Origin: Trueperaceae bacterium
GTDB lineage: Bacteria; Deinococcota; Deinococci; Deinococcales; Trueperaceae
DNA length: 64,000 nucleotides
Direction: 5' to 3'
Assembly: GCA_965214405.1 (NCBI GenBank)
Contig: OZ243956.1
Span: 2,048,001 to 2,112,000 of the forward strand
Part shown: positions 19,068-27,643 of the stretch, piece after piece
Position numbering within the stretch: the stretch's first letter is position 1
Layout of the letters: each line of letters begins with the position of its first letter
Notes under the pieces: model-generated
Seen by the model: the letters and a program-made list of their open reading frames with translations, nothing else
Told to the model about the DNA's origin: nothing
Database searches by the model: none
Position numbers and translations under genes: made by a program

Positions 19068-21463
19068 GCCGTAAACACCCGCCGCTTGGCCTCACGTATC
19101 ACGTCAGCCGCGTTACCCAAATCCTTTAGCGCCGCCCTTCCTCCCGCCTTGATAATTTCAGAGGTGCGCCACACCTCACGGTTTTCAAAAGCGTCCGTTC
19201 CCGAATCGCCAAACTGCGCCACAAACGCTTTAAGCACATTGCCCGCCCGCTCGGGTAAACCGTCCAGCCACTCCCTGTTATCGTCAAAAAAGCGGTTCAC
19301 CCGGTCTTGGCGGGTGAGGGGTGAGCGTTCGTAAGCGATTTGTGAAAGCACGTCGAACAGGTCATAGTCATTCATCTTTTCAACCTCTTGCACAAGCAAG
19401 GCAGAGAACCCGGCTCGAGTGAGGTTGTCCATAAGCACCTGCCGCGCGTTCGGGTTGACCCACTCATCCGTAAAGGCGTCTAGGTTGGCGGCCTCTTCTT
19501 TAAGCTTCGCGGCCAGCAGGCGCTTATACTCCGCTACCGACACCAACACCTCTTTACCGTCTCGTTCTATCGGTATCTCCGCCCCCTGCGGGGTAATGGC
19601 GTACTCGAACCCTTCGACTTCTATGATTTGCTGGGGCACGCTTGGCCCTTCGCCCTTCGCGCTGCTTTCACGCGGCGGCTTCGTCTTGAACTCTTGCCCG
19701 AACAGCTTACGCACGTTCGTATAGTCAAGCACGTTAAACATGAGTTTGCTAGTGGCGGGGTTTAGCCGCGTGCCGCGCCCTAGCATCTGGTAGAAGCGTA
19801 TGGGGCTCTTCATGTAGGCAAAGAACACGATGTTTTGGACGTTCGGCACGTCCACACCCGTGCTGAGTAGGTCAACGGTGGTGGCGACAAAGTAACTGTG
19901 ATTGCTCCCCCTCAAATCCGGCACAAGCTCGTTACCGTCGCTTTCAGAGGTGCATTTGAAGGCGTAGCGGGGCTTGGGGTCAATCTCTTGTTCCCGGCAC
20001 CACTCCTGATAGATGTTCTCGAGTTTGTTGGCGACCATCTGCGCGTGTGGGTCGCTGGCACAGAAGATGATGGTTTTTTGCTCGGGATTGCCCGACTCTA
20101 AAAAGAAGCTGAACAGGTCACGGCACATGGTATCTACGCGGTCGGGTAACATGATGCGGTTTTCAAAACTGGTGTTCACATAAGACTCGAGCACCTCCTC
20201 ATGGGAAAGCTCGCGCCCCGTCCGGGCGTCTTTCCGCTTGCGCTCGAGGACTTCTTTGCGAAGTATCGCCATCTCATCGGGCGTTTCGCCCCGGTTGACG
20301 TAGCGCCCGATGATGTAGGGAAGCGCCAGATAGCCGTCTTCTACCCCTTGGGTAATGGTGTACTCATAAACGGGCTCGCCAAAGTACGCGTAGTTGTCGG
20401 CGGTTATCTTGTCGTCCTTTGCCGCTTCGGGCGTGTCTACTGCCGTTTTAATCTGCCGGGGGGTCGCGGTGAGCCCAACCTGTACCGCCTTGCTGTTGTG
20501 CGTCAGCACCTTTGACCACTTGCCAAACGCCGAACGGTGGCACTCGTCAATGATGATGTGCGAAAAATAGTTTTCGGGATAGTTGTTTTCTAAGAAGGTC
20601 GTGCTCACCTCACCCTCGTCACCGCCGCCTAAGCCGAGCGTTTGATAGGTGGCGATGAGAATACGCGCGTTCTTTTGGGGTTCGGAACTGCTTACGATGT
20701 CGGCGTCCGCGCCGAAGTAGTTTCTAAACGCTTTAGAGGCTTGAAGGCGTAGGGTCTCGCGGTCACAGATGAACAGGGCTCGAGTGAGTTTGCCCGCGTC
20801 GGCAATGCGCTTCAAAAGGTTCACCGCGATAAAGGTTTTACCGGCCCCGGTGGCAAGGGCTAAGAGGGCGCGGGGGTCGTTGCCGCTTCTCTTGTCTTGG
20901 GCGATCTTCTCGAGGGTGGCGCGTATCGCCGCGTCTTGGTAGTAGCGGCGTATGCCTTCGCCGTCGCTGTAGGGCGTGAGAAGCGGCGCGGCCTCGGGGT
21001 CCGACAGCTTGTAACCTTTCCCCTTCTCGTAGCGTTGTCTTAGCTCTTGAGGGGTGGGGAACTCTGTCATTGGCCTAGCGTCGCTTATCATCCCGGTAAA
21101 GGCGTCAAACTCGACAAATTGATGACCGTTGCTCGAGAACACAAACGGCACGTTAAGGCGCTTGGCTTCAGCGTAGGCCCGCCCCTGGTCAAGCCCGTGC
21201 GCCGGGTGGAACTTGGCCCGCTTCGCTTCGATGAGCGCCAGCGCCACGGGTTGCGTTTCTATGTGGACAGACACGCGTAGAGTGTAATCAGCTTTCCCTC
21301 TACCCTTACGGCGTGCCTTGCGGCCTACCATTTCGATAGCCCCGGCGGTCACTTCGCGGCGGATGTGGTCCTCTTTCCAGCCGCGTTTATATAGTGCCGG
21401 GTCAATGAGCTTGGCTCGAGTGTCGGCTTCGGATAGTGTCAGGTCATCGCTGGGAACACTCAT
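19064..21463 (-). CDS. hsdR: Type I R-M restriction subunit (EcoEI/EcoAI-like)
   Basis: SEADTRAKLID, ADY...IEAK nuclease motif, LATGAGKT, IDECHR, GLTATP and QMLGRGTR helicase motifs. Confidence 0.94.
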   Translation of the reverse strand: MSVPSDDLTLSEADTRAKLIDPALYKRGWKEDHIRREVTAGAIEMVGRKARRKGRGKADYTLRVSVHIETQPVALALIEAKRAKFHPAHGLDQGRAYAEAKRLNVPFVFSSNGHQFVEFDAFTGMISDARPMTEFPTPQELRQRYEKGKGYKLSDPEAAPLLTPYSDGEGIRRYYQDAAIRATLEKIAQDKRSGNDPRALLALATGAGKTFIAVNLLKRIADAGKLTRALFICDRETLRLQASKAFRNYFGADADIVSSSEPQKNARILIATYQTLGLGGGDEGEVSTTFLENNYPENYFSHIIIDECHRSAFGKWSKVLTHNSKAVQVGLTATPRQIKTAVDTPEAAKDDKITADNYAYFGEPVYEYTITQGVEDGYLALPYIIGRYVNRGETPDEMAILRKEVLERKRKDARTGRELSHEEVLESYVNTSFENRIMLPDRVDTMCRDLFSFFLESGNPEQKTIIFCASDPHAQMVANKLENIYQEWCREQEIDPKPRYAFKCTSESDGNELVPDLRGSNHSYFVATTVDLLSTGVDVPNVQNIVFFAYMKSPIRFYQMLGRGTRLNPATSKLMFNVLDYTNVRKLFGQEFKTKPPRESSAKGEGPSVPQQIIEVEGFEYAITPQGAEIPIERDGKEVLVSVAEYKRLLAAKLKEEAANLDAFTDEWVNPNARQVLMDNLTRAGFSALLVQEVEKMNDYDLFDVLSQIAYERSPLTRQDRVNRFFDDNREWLDGLPERAGNVLKAFVAQFGDSGTDAFENREVWRTSEIIKAGGRAALKDLGNAADVIREAKRRVFTA

Positions 21464-21504
21464 GGTTCTCTTTAGATTACTATGCTCTGCTCCTTAAAAA
21501 CCGC

Positions 21505-22190
21505 CGATTGTAAAAAACCCCTCTTACGACCCCGCGCCCCTCCTCTCGCGGGGTCCGTTCTTTGCTACTCTTTTTTATGTGTAAAAAATTGTAAAAGCAA
21601 CTTTCTAGCTAGCATCTCCATGAGGTCTCACCATTTTCGACATCTCCATGAGGTCTCAAGTTTTTCATAACCCCATGACAAATGCGCTTTGACTGGCACC
21701 CTATGACAAAGGCCCGAACCGCCTCTATAAAATTCGTTCTTTGGTGCTCTTTTTTAGGTGTGGAAAAACCGAATAATGATGCCCCTCTAACTTCCTTCCA
21801 TATGTGCGGGTTGTGCGGTTTGGGTTTTGCTTCCCATGTGTACGAGTTGTAAGGGTTGGGAGTTACTCGAGTCCTCTGTGACAAAGTAAAGAACCCCCAG
21901 CACGAGAGCCGGGGGCGTCTTGGAAGAGGGGCGGGGGTGTGAGGTCGTGATGCACAGCGCCCGCCCAAAAAGAGTGTAGAGGAAGGGCTGTCACAGAACC
22001 CTTACCGCTTTTTACAGTTTTCTTACTCCCCTTTTTTATGGTCTCTAAATACTCCAAATACTCTCCACCGTTCATCCCCCACATCCCCCACTTCCATGAG
22101 GTATCAGCGCCTCGAGTAGGTACATGGGCTACCAACGGCTCTATATCTGCATAGGGTATCAGCCGTTCCCGTATCTGCATAGGGTATCGT
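21505..22190. repeat. Repeat-rich non-coding block with 18-bp motifs at ~28-nt spacing
   Basis: CATCTCCATGAGGTCTCA at 21613 and 21641, CACTTCCATGAGGTATCA at 22089, TATCTGCATAGGGTATC at 22144 and 22172. Confidence 0.8.
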
Positions 22191-22215
22191 GTCGCTCCCT
22201 CGTGCAGTGGGGCGT

Positions 22216-22326
22216 TCAGCCCAGCAGCGCCTCGACCTCTTCACACAGCCTGAACGCGCACAGGACATGACGCGCCCGCTCGAGCAGGGGGGCCTCGAGC
22301 TTATCCAGGCGCGTTTTCAGGCTCAC
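22216..22326 (-). CDS. Small protein (36 aa), RLxxLE-array member F
   Basis: Manual translation MSLKTRLDKLEAPLLERARHVLCAFRLCEEVEALLG. Starts 2 nt after the previous stop. Confidence 0.55.
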   Translation of the reverse strand: MSLKTRLDKLEAPLLERARHVLCAFRLCEEVEALLG

Positions 22327-22328
22327 CG

Positions 22329-22502
22329 CTACACATCCCTCGGGTCTACGCCGATGATGACCTTAGCGCCTCTCGGCGCACCCTCTACGGGTCGGTTCTG
22401 AACGTCGCGCAAGCCGCCCCCGGTCAAGAAGAGTAGGGCCGGGCGGGGTGTCGTGGGTACAGCTTCGCGCTCGAGCTTGCGTAACCTCGTGCTGAGCCTC
22501 AC
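22329..22502 (-). CDS. Small protein (57 aa), RLxxLE-array member E
   Basis: Manual translation MRLSTRLRKLEREAVPTTPRPALLFL.... GTGA overlap with the previous stop, GGAGG RBS. Confidence 0.65.
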   Translation of the reverse strand: MRLSTRLRKLEREAVPTTPRPALLFLTGGGLRDVQNRPVEGAPRGAKVIIGVDPRDV

Positions 22503-22912
22503 CCTTTAACCTCCCTCACCGCCCGCGCCAGATGAAGCGAGAACAGCATCATCGCGGCGGCGTCACCCCTTACCCCCTCTTCTTGAAATGCTTTCAGGTA
22601 GCGCTCGAGCACCTCCGGCGGCTCCTCCGGGGGCGGGGGGATGCTGGCGGGGGTGAGGTGGTACTCGCGGTGGTCTAAGTCGGGTATGGTCCAGGACTCG
22701 GACCAGGCTGTGACGCCCCAGGTGTCGAGCCTTTTCATCTCGGCTTCCACTGCGGCGGCGGTAACGGGGTCGGCCTCCTCCAGGAGCATCACGCGCTCCC
22801 AGACCCCGGCGGGTAGCCCCTCCTCCCAGGCGTCGGCGTGGGCGAACCAGGCCGCCTCCCATGCCTCGCGCACCGGGGCCTCGAGCCGGTCCAAGCGGCG
22901 GCTAAGCCTCAC
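22499..22912 (-). CDS. Hypothetical protein (137 aa), RLxxLE-array member D
   Basis: GTG start MRLSRRLDRLEAP..., overlapping the previous gene. Confidence 0.7.
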   Translation of the reverse strand: MRLSRRLDRLEAPVREAWEAAWFAHADAWEEGLPAGVWERVMLLEEADPVTAAAVEAEMKRLDTWGVTAWSESWTIPDLDHREYHLTPASIPPPPEEPPEVLERYLKAFQEEGVRGDAAAMMLFSLHLARAVREVKG

Positions 22913-23111
22913 GGGCCAGGGCGTCCAGCGCTTCATCCGAAAGGCTCATGAGGTAGGCGTACCTCTGGGGGTCGCGCCGTTTGAAGTCTTCCGCAAAAGC
23001 CTCGAGCGCGTCGTCGGGCCACTCACGCGGGGGTGTGTTGGCGAGGTGCGCCAGGTGCGGGGGGAGTAGGGCGCGCGCTTCTAAAGTCTTGAGACGTTTG
23101 TTAAGTCTCAT
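22902..23111 (-). CDS. Small protein (69 aa), RLxxLE-array member C
   Basis: MRLNKRLKTLEAR..., overlapping the previous gene. Confidence 0.65.
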   Translation of the reverse strand: MRLNKRLKTLEARALLPPHLAHLANTPPREWPDDALEAFAEDFKRRDPQRYAYLMSLSDEALDALAREA

Positions 23112-23322
23112 GATGTTCAACCCCGCTCGCAGAAACGAGGATGCCCGTGATGCCCGGACCCCCGTGGGGGAGCGCGTCTAACGCTTCTCGGGTGAGGGTG
23201 CGCCCGTCGTCCATATGGAAGAGCCCCGGCGTGTGGGCGTCCTCGGTGGCTATCCAGACCTTCGTCACCTGTCGGCCTTGGGCGGTGCTCTCTAACCTTC
23301 GCAAACGTCTGGGCAGACTCAC
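23101..23322 (-). CDS. Small protein (73 aa), RLxxLE-array member B
   Basis: MSLPRRLRRLES..., GTGA overlap with the previous stop. Confidence 0.65.
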   Translation of the reverse strand: MSLPRRLRRLESTAQGRQVTKVWIATEDAHTPGLFHMDDGRTLTREALDALPHGGPGITGILVSASGVEHHET

Positions 23323-23639
23323 GCGGCCCGCCTCGCGGTGTAGGGAGTGTAGGCGTCGGGCGGGGTCAGGGTGCCTTCTAGGGCTTCGAGACGCGCCTCG
23401 AATTCGCCCACCTCTACCGCTTTCAGGTAGACGCTGGCGCTTTGGGAGAGGGCGTGGGTGAGTTTGCAGAGTTCGGCGGTGTCTACCTCTTCGGCGTCGC
23501 TTACTTTACTTAGATGATGCTCGAGCTTGGTGATGGCGCTCCATAGCACCTTGGTTAAGTCGTTGACGGTGCCCGGCTTGGGGCGGCGTTTGTTCTTTTT
23601 GGCTTGTCTCGCTTTATAGGGTTTGGTGTCTCCGGGCAT
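23319..23639 (-). CDS. Hypothetical helical protein with a basic N-terminus and C-terminal EARLEALE
   Basis: AGGAG RBS, KARQAKKNKRRPKP, ...VGEFEARLEALEG. Confidence 0.7.
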   Translation of the reverse strand: MPGDTKPYKARQAKKNKRRPKPGTVNDLTKVLWSAITKLEHHLSKVSDAEEVDTAELCKLTHALSQSASVYLKAVEVGEFEARLEALEGTLTPPDAYTPYTARRAA

Positions 23640-23642
23640 CTC

Positions 23643-23960
23643 CTACCCCCCCCTTTCTGTTGACATGAGCTTTAACAGGTCGGAAAGTCTAAAGACGGCT
23701 AACGGTTCTTTGCGGTCGCCTTTCAGGATGAGCCCATCACGATGCTCGAGCCAGCCGTATAGGGTCTTGAAGTCGGCTCTAGCTTTGCACTCTAGGCACA
23801 CCTCACCTAAGCCGGGTAACTCTGCTACCACGTCGCCGGGGTAGTCCTTGGCGGCTCCTGAGAGGGGTACGCGTTTGGCGTGTACCCCTCCCTCGGTAAG
23901 GCGCTTGACGATTTCGCGCTCGAGGCGGTCCCCCTTACGTTTGGGGGCTCTACCGCTCAT
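23643..23960 (-). CDS. Hjc-like Holliday junction resolvase (PD-(D/E)xK nuclease)
   Basis: KRKGDRLERE...RVPLSG...PGDV...LECK pattern, GGAGG RBS. Confidence 0.75.
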   Translation of the reverse strand: MSGRAPKRKGDRLEREIVKRLTEGGVHAKRVPLSGAAKDYPGDVVAELPGLGEVCLECKARADFKTLYGWLEHRDGLILKGDRKEPLAVFRLSDLLKLMSTERGG

Positions 23961-24543
23961 GGTCGTCATCCTCCCGCGCGGGTAACGCACAGTGCAGTTC
24001 GTCAAAAGCAGACGCGGGCGGCTCACCCCATGAGGTGAGGTAACGCTTAGCTTTGGTCGTGACGACGCCCCACGGGTAGGCACGCACAGCGGCGGTGATG
24101 TGGTTTTCTTTGGCGTTCACAATCATGTACTCCCCCATGTCGAGAGAAACGGGCGCGTACTTCTTTACCAGTTGCGCGGCTACGGCTTTAGTCTGTGCGG
24201 GGTCGGTGCTCCAATGGTCTTGTGAGGGTGAAAAGTTTTGAGTATTCCCTACTAGCGAACCGACAAAACCGACAAAAGGGGGGGTGAGGGGACTTCTGTC
24301 GGTGGTGTCGGTTCGTTTCTTGGGTACATCTAAAACTTTTGGGGTGTCGTCTTGGTTTCTGGCTTGTGCTTGTGAGAGAGAAAAGTTTTGATTTTCCCCC
24401 GTTAGGGAACTGACAAAACTGACAGAAGGGGTGGTACGGGGGCTTTCGTCAGTTTTGTCAGTTCGTTCTTGGGGAGTATCCAAAACTTTTTTCTGTTCGT
24501 CCTCCGGTTGCCAGGTCGCCCAACGGCTTGTGAACGTCGTCAT
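23950..24543 (-). CDS. Hypothetical protein with an internal 150-bp duplication (possible origin)
   Basis: ATGA overlap with the helicase stop. Repeat units KVLD..RTD.TD.SP.TP..V.FV.SL.G..QNFS.SQ. Confidence 0.6.
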   Translation of the reverse strand: MTTFTSRWATWQPEDEQKKVLDTPQERTDKTDESPRTTPSVSFVSSLTGENQNFSLSQAQARNQDDTPKVLDVPKKRTDTTDRSPLTPPFVGFVGSLVGNTQNFSPSQDHWSTDPAQTKAVAAQLVKKYAPVSLDMGEYMIVNAKENHITAAVRAYPWGVVTTKAKRYLTSWGEPPASAFDELHCALPAREDDDHER

Positions 24544-27011
24544 TTCTCCCCCCTCAGTTCGGGATGTAGCCGTATCTTTAGGGTCGGGCGTCCCCCGGTG
24601 CTTTCTTCCTCCGTGCGGATGTAGTGGTGCTCGGCTAAAACCTCGAGCCCTTGCATGACAAGCTCTTTCGTGTCGAGCCCTTCCCATTCCTTGCGGTAGA
24701 TGTCCCTTACCGTGGTGCCGTCTTTAAGTGCCCCGTCGTCTATCTTCTCGAGTAGTGCTCTCGCGGCAATGAGGTGCGCGCTTATCTCTTTGCTGTAAAG
24801 CTTGACAGCGTGCGCTTCCAGGTACTCGCACCAGGCGGCGGCACATCTAGCCGCGTCTAAGGACACCGGGCCGGGCGGGGCACCGTCTACAATCGCCACG
24901 AGGTGAAAGACGAGAGCCAAGGCGGGCATCAGTGAACGATACTTACTGAGGTGCGATTCAAAGGCGGGTTTGTGCGAGAGGTCGTCACTTCTTAAACGGT
25001 GCTCGAGTTCTTCCCGCCACTCGTCAAACAGTTCTTGGGCGTCGTCAGAGAAGCGCAACGCCGGGATGTCGCCCTCTTGGGCGTCTAACCCCAACGTCGC
25101 GGTGTCGAGGTTGTCGAGGGCTTCAAAGACGGCGTAGGCGCGGCGTTTCGCTTCGCCGTCGGGCCAGCGGTCTACGTTGACGAACGCGCCCACCCGGTCG
25201 GGCCACACGACAAGCTGAAAGCGTTGCAAGAGCCCGTCAGCGCCCCCGCCGCCTGCGATGGCTTCGTAGGTAGCGTTCTAACTTACCGGGCTGGATGCCG
25301 CCCAAGATGCTTACACAGAGCCCCGGTATATGGACAGTGCCGCGTCCTATCCGGTCAACGGTATAGCTACCTGTACCGTTCCAGGCTTCCAGGTAAAACT
25401 CGCGGTCGCCCTCCCTACCAGGACGTTCTAAGGTGCCTAGCCAGCCCGCTAGCTCATCGCGCAGAACAAGCAAGCCGCGCGGGTTTTCTCGCAAGAGTTC
25501 GCCTAGCTTTTCGGTGGTCGGGTCTTGAGTCATGTAACGGCGTTCGGTAACGGTTGCCTCTTCTAGCTGTGCGTTTAGGTCACGCAACACCTCGGTGAAG
25601 TTGGCATGGATGCCGCCGTTCTTGGCGTCCTTTTTGGCCTTTTCTTTCAGGGCGGACACCTCTAGCTCGAGCCGGGTGCGCTCGGCTTGCGCTTGTGCTT
25701 CCTCCTCTTGGTAACGCTCACGCGCCTTAATAGCGAGGGCGCGTACAGGCTTTGTGGCCTCGCTTATCGCGGTGGTCTTCATCAGGCCGGGCCTGCCGAC
25801 GACGCCGCCCCAGAAATTTGCTGTTGCCAACCAATCGTCAAAACGTTTGGGGTGGATGCCGACGCCCCGCCCAATGACCGCGCCTAGAGCGACCAAAGCA
25901 GGACAGGCAACGAACTCTAAGGGGAGTGAGGTACGTTCGGCTATGTCTATCAGCCAAGCGCGTAAAGGGTCGGGTAGTAGCTCGGGAGGTAACGAGGGAA
26001 CGGGCGGGTGAAGGGCGGGAATATCGCCTAGCGGCTCCCAAGGTTCTTCATCGGCGGGTGCGTCTTTATCTTCGGGTGTGGAGGTACTCGAGCCAACGGA
26101 CGCGGCCCGCCCATCTTTGTCGTAGCCCATGCCCAACCCTTCGGCGGCCTCTTTCACCGCCGCCTTGATATCGCCGCCGTGCGCGAGCATGAGCCAAGCA
26201 CTAAAGGCGTCGTGCGCGTGCCCGTCGGCTAAGGGGTCGCTCGCGTGGTGACTGTAGGCGCGTTCTACGCCGTCGTCACCTTTTAGGATAGTCACGCCCG
26301 CTAAGCCGGTGCTGCTGTGCGGGCTCAAGTAGCGGTCATGTCCTTTAGAGATGTAACTGTTATCGTCAAGCACATTTTGTAGGTGCGCGGGGGAGGTGGG
26401 GCGTTCCAGGGTTGCGCTTTGTCGAGTACGGGTTTGAGGACTCCCCAGTTCTCCCAAAGTGCCAGTAGGCCACCCGGTAGCTCGGGGATGTCGTCACGGC
26501 TTAGCGGCGGCTCAGGCTCCCAGGTGTAGGGCTTGCCTGTGTCGGGATGGATTGAAGGGGGTAGCACGTCCTGTACCAGCCCGGCCCGTAGCTCGAGCAC
26601 CGTTATAGCCTTGTCTGCGTCGGGCGGTTTCCAGGAAAGTGCTTTACGGTTTAGCTCTACCCCTTCAGGCAGACGGTACACGGGCTTCAAACCTTTTGCG
26701 CCGCGTATCTTGGGGCCGGGTGCGGTTAGCAGCTCGTCTAAGCTGATACCTACGGACGCCAAAGCCAGCGCGGCCCATTCAGGATGGTCAATATCCAACA
26801 CGGCGGTTCTGCTCGCGCCGTGGTGTAAGCCGACGCCGCCGCCGTACTCCCAGACGTGCGCGGCCTCGGCTGGGGTGGTCACGGGCTTGTCCTGCCAGCC
26901 GTTTGTGCGTGGTCCTTTGGTACCGGGCGGGATGTGGACGAGGCCAAAGCGTAGGGTCTCGAGGTAGTGCTCGAGGTTGGGTGCTAAGGCAGGAGAAGAG
27001 GGGGCGGTCAT
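24540..27011 (-). pseudogene. Bifunctional primase-polymerase fused to a DUF3987-type helicase, with two frameshifts
   Basis: Prim-Pol-like IPPGTKGP..GW, VLDID and LPPSIHP, then GRPGLMKT Walker A, RDELAGW, GGIQP and DGLLQRF, spread over three frames with breaks near 26380 and 25270. Confidence 0.85.
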
Positions 27012-27388
27012 GCCCGCCCCTTGCTTATTCCGTTGTTGGGCTTATACCCGTAGCCGTAGCGGGCGATTTTTAGCGCCTCCCGTATTGTCAAATACGCGAC
27101 GTGTCGCGCATTTATAAAAGCTTCAATCATCGGCCAGCGGCTTGCTATCCTCATGTAATCTTGCGCGGTCCGCACACCACCGTCAAAGTTGTCATCGAGC
27201 CAAGGTAGCCACTCACCGTGGCGGACAGTAGTCTTAGCCTCGAGCAAGAGTTCGCCAGCAGCGCGGGCGTAAAACAAGGCTTGGCGGGCGTGGCTTTCAG
27301 CGGCGTGGTGGTTCTCGTTGATACGACCTGCTAAACTAGAGCTAGCGCCCCCCGCGCCGCCCCGGTCATCGAATCGGGGCGTTCCCAT
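27008..27388 (-). CDS. DUF3102-like protein
   Basis: AGELLLEAK...HGEWLPWL...RTAQDYMRIA. Confidence 0.75.
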   Translation of the reverse strand: MGTPRFDDRGGAGGASSSLAGRINENHHAAESHARQALFYARAAGELLLEAKTTVRHGEWLPWLDDNFDGGVRTAQDYMRIASRWPMIEAFINARHVAYLTIREALKIARYGYGYKPNNGISKGRA

Positions 27389-27580
27389 TTACGCCACCTC
27401 TCTTTCGTCGTGCCCTTCAAGCCACCTGTCGAGAGCTTCACGCCGGATGAGCACGCGCGCCCCAGCGCGGCGGTGGGGGATGGTGGGTAACATCTTGCGG
27501 AGCGTGACACGGCTTAAACCGGCGTAACGCGCGGCTTGGGCAGTGTTCATTACTTCGGGTTCGGCTTTCTTTGCTGTCAT
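27389..27580 (-). CDS. Excisionase-like HTH DNA-binding protein
   Basis: VMNTAQAARYAGLSRVTL...HRRAGARVLIRREALDRWL, AGGAGG RBS. Confidence 0.8.
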   Translation of the reverse strand: MTAKKAEPEVMNTAQAARYAGLSRVTLRKMLPTIPHRRAGARVLIRREALDRWLEGHDEREVA

Positions 27581-27643
27581 TCTGTGACCTCCTGAAACTA
27601 GAGTTAGAGCGCTCTGTTCTTAGGATGCCGTAGAATGTCCTCC

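Noticed and set aside
21609..22180. ORFs of 119 and 105 aa in the repeat block
   Set aside because: No RBS or coupling. The peptides simply reflect the short DNA repeats.
21613..22188. CRISPR array suggested by regularly spaced repeats
   Set aside because: Repeats are about 18 bp with only about 10-nt spacers, few and degenerate, and no cas genes are in the window.
25237..26457. Programmed ribosomal frameshifting joining the primase fragments
   Set aside because: No X-XXY-YYZ slippery site or homopolymer at either break. Two independent breaks fit decay or assembly error better.
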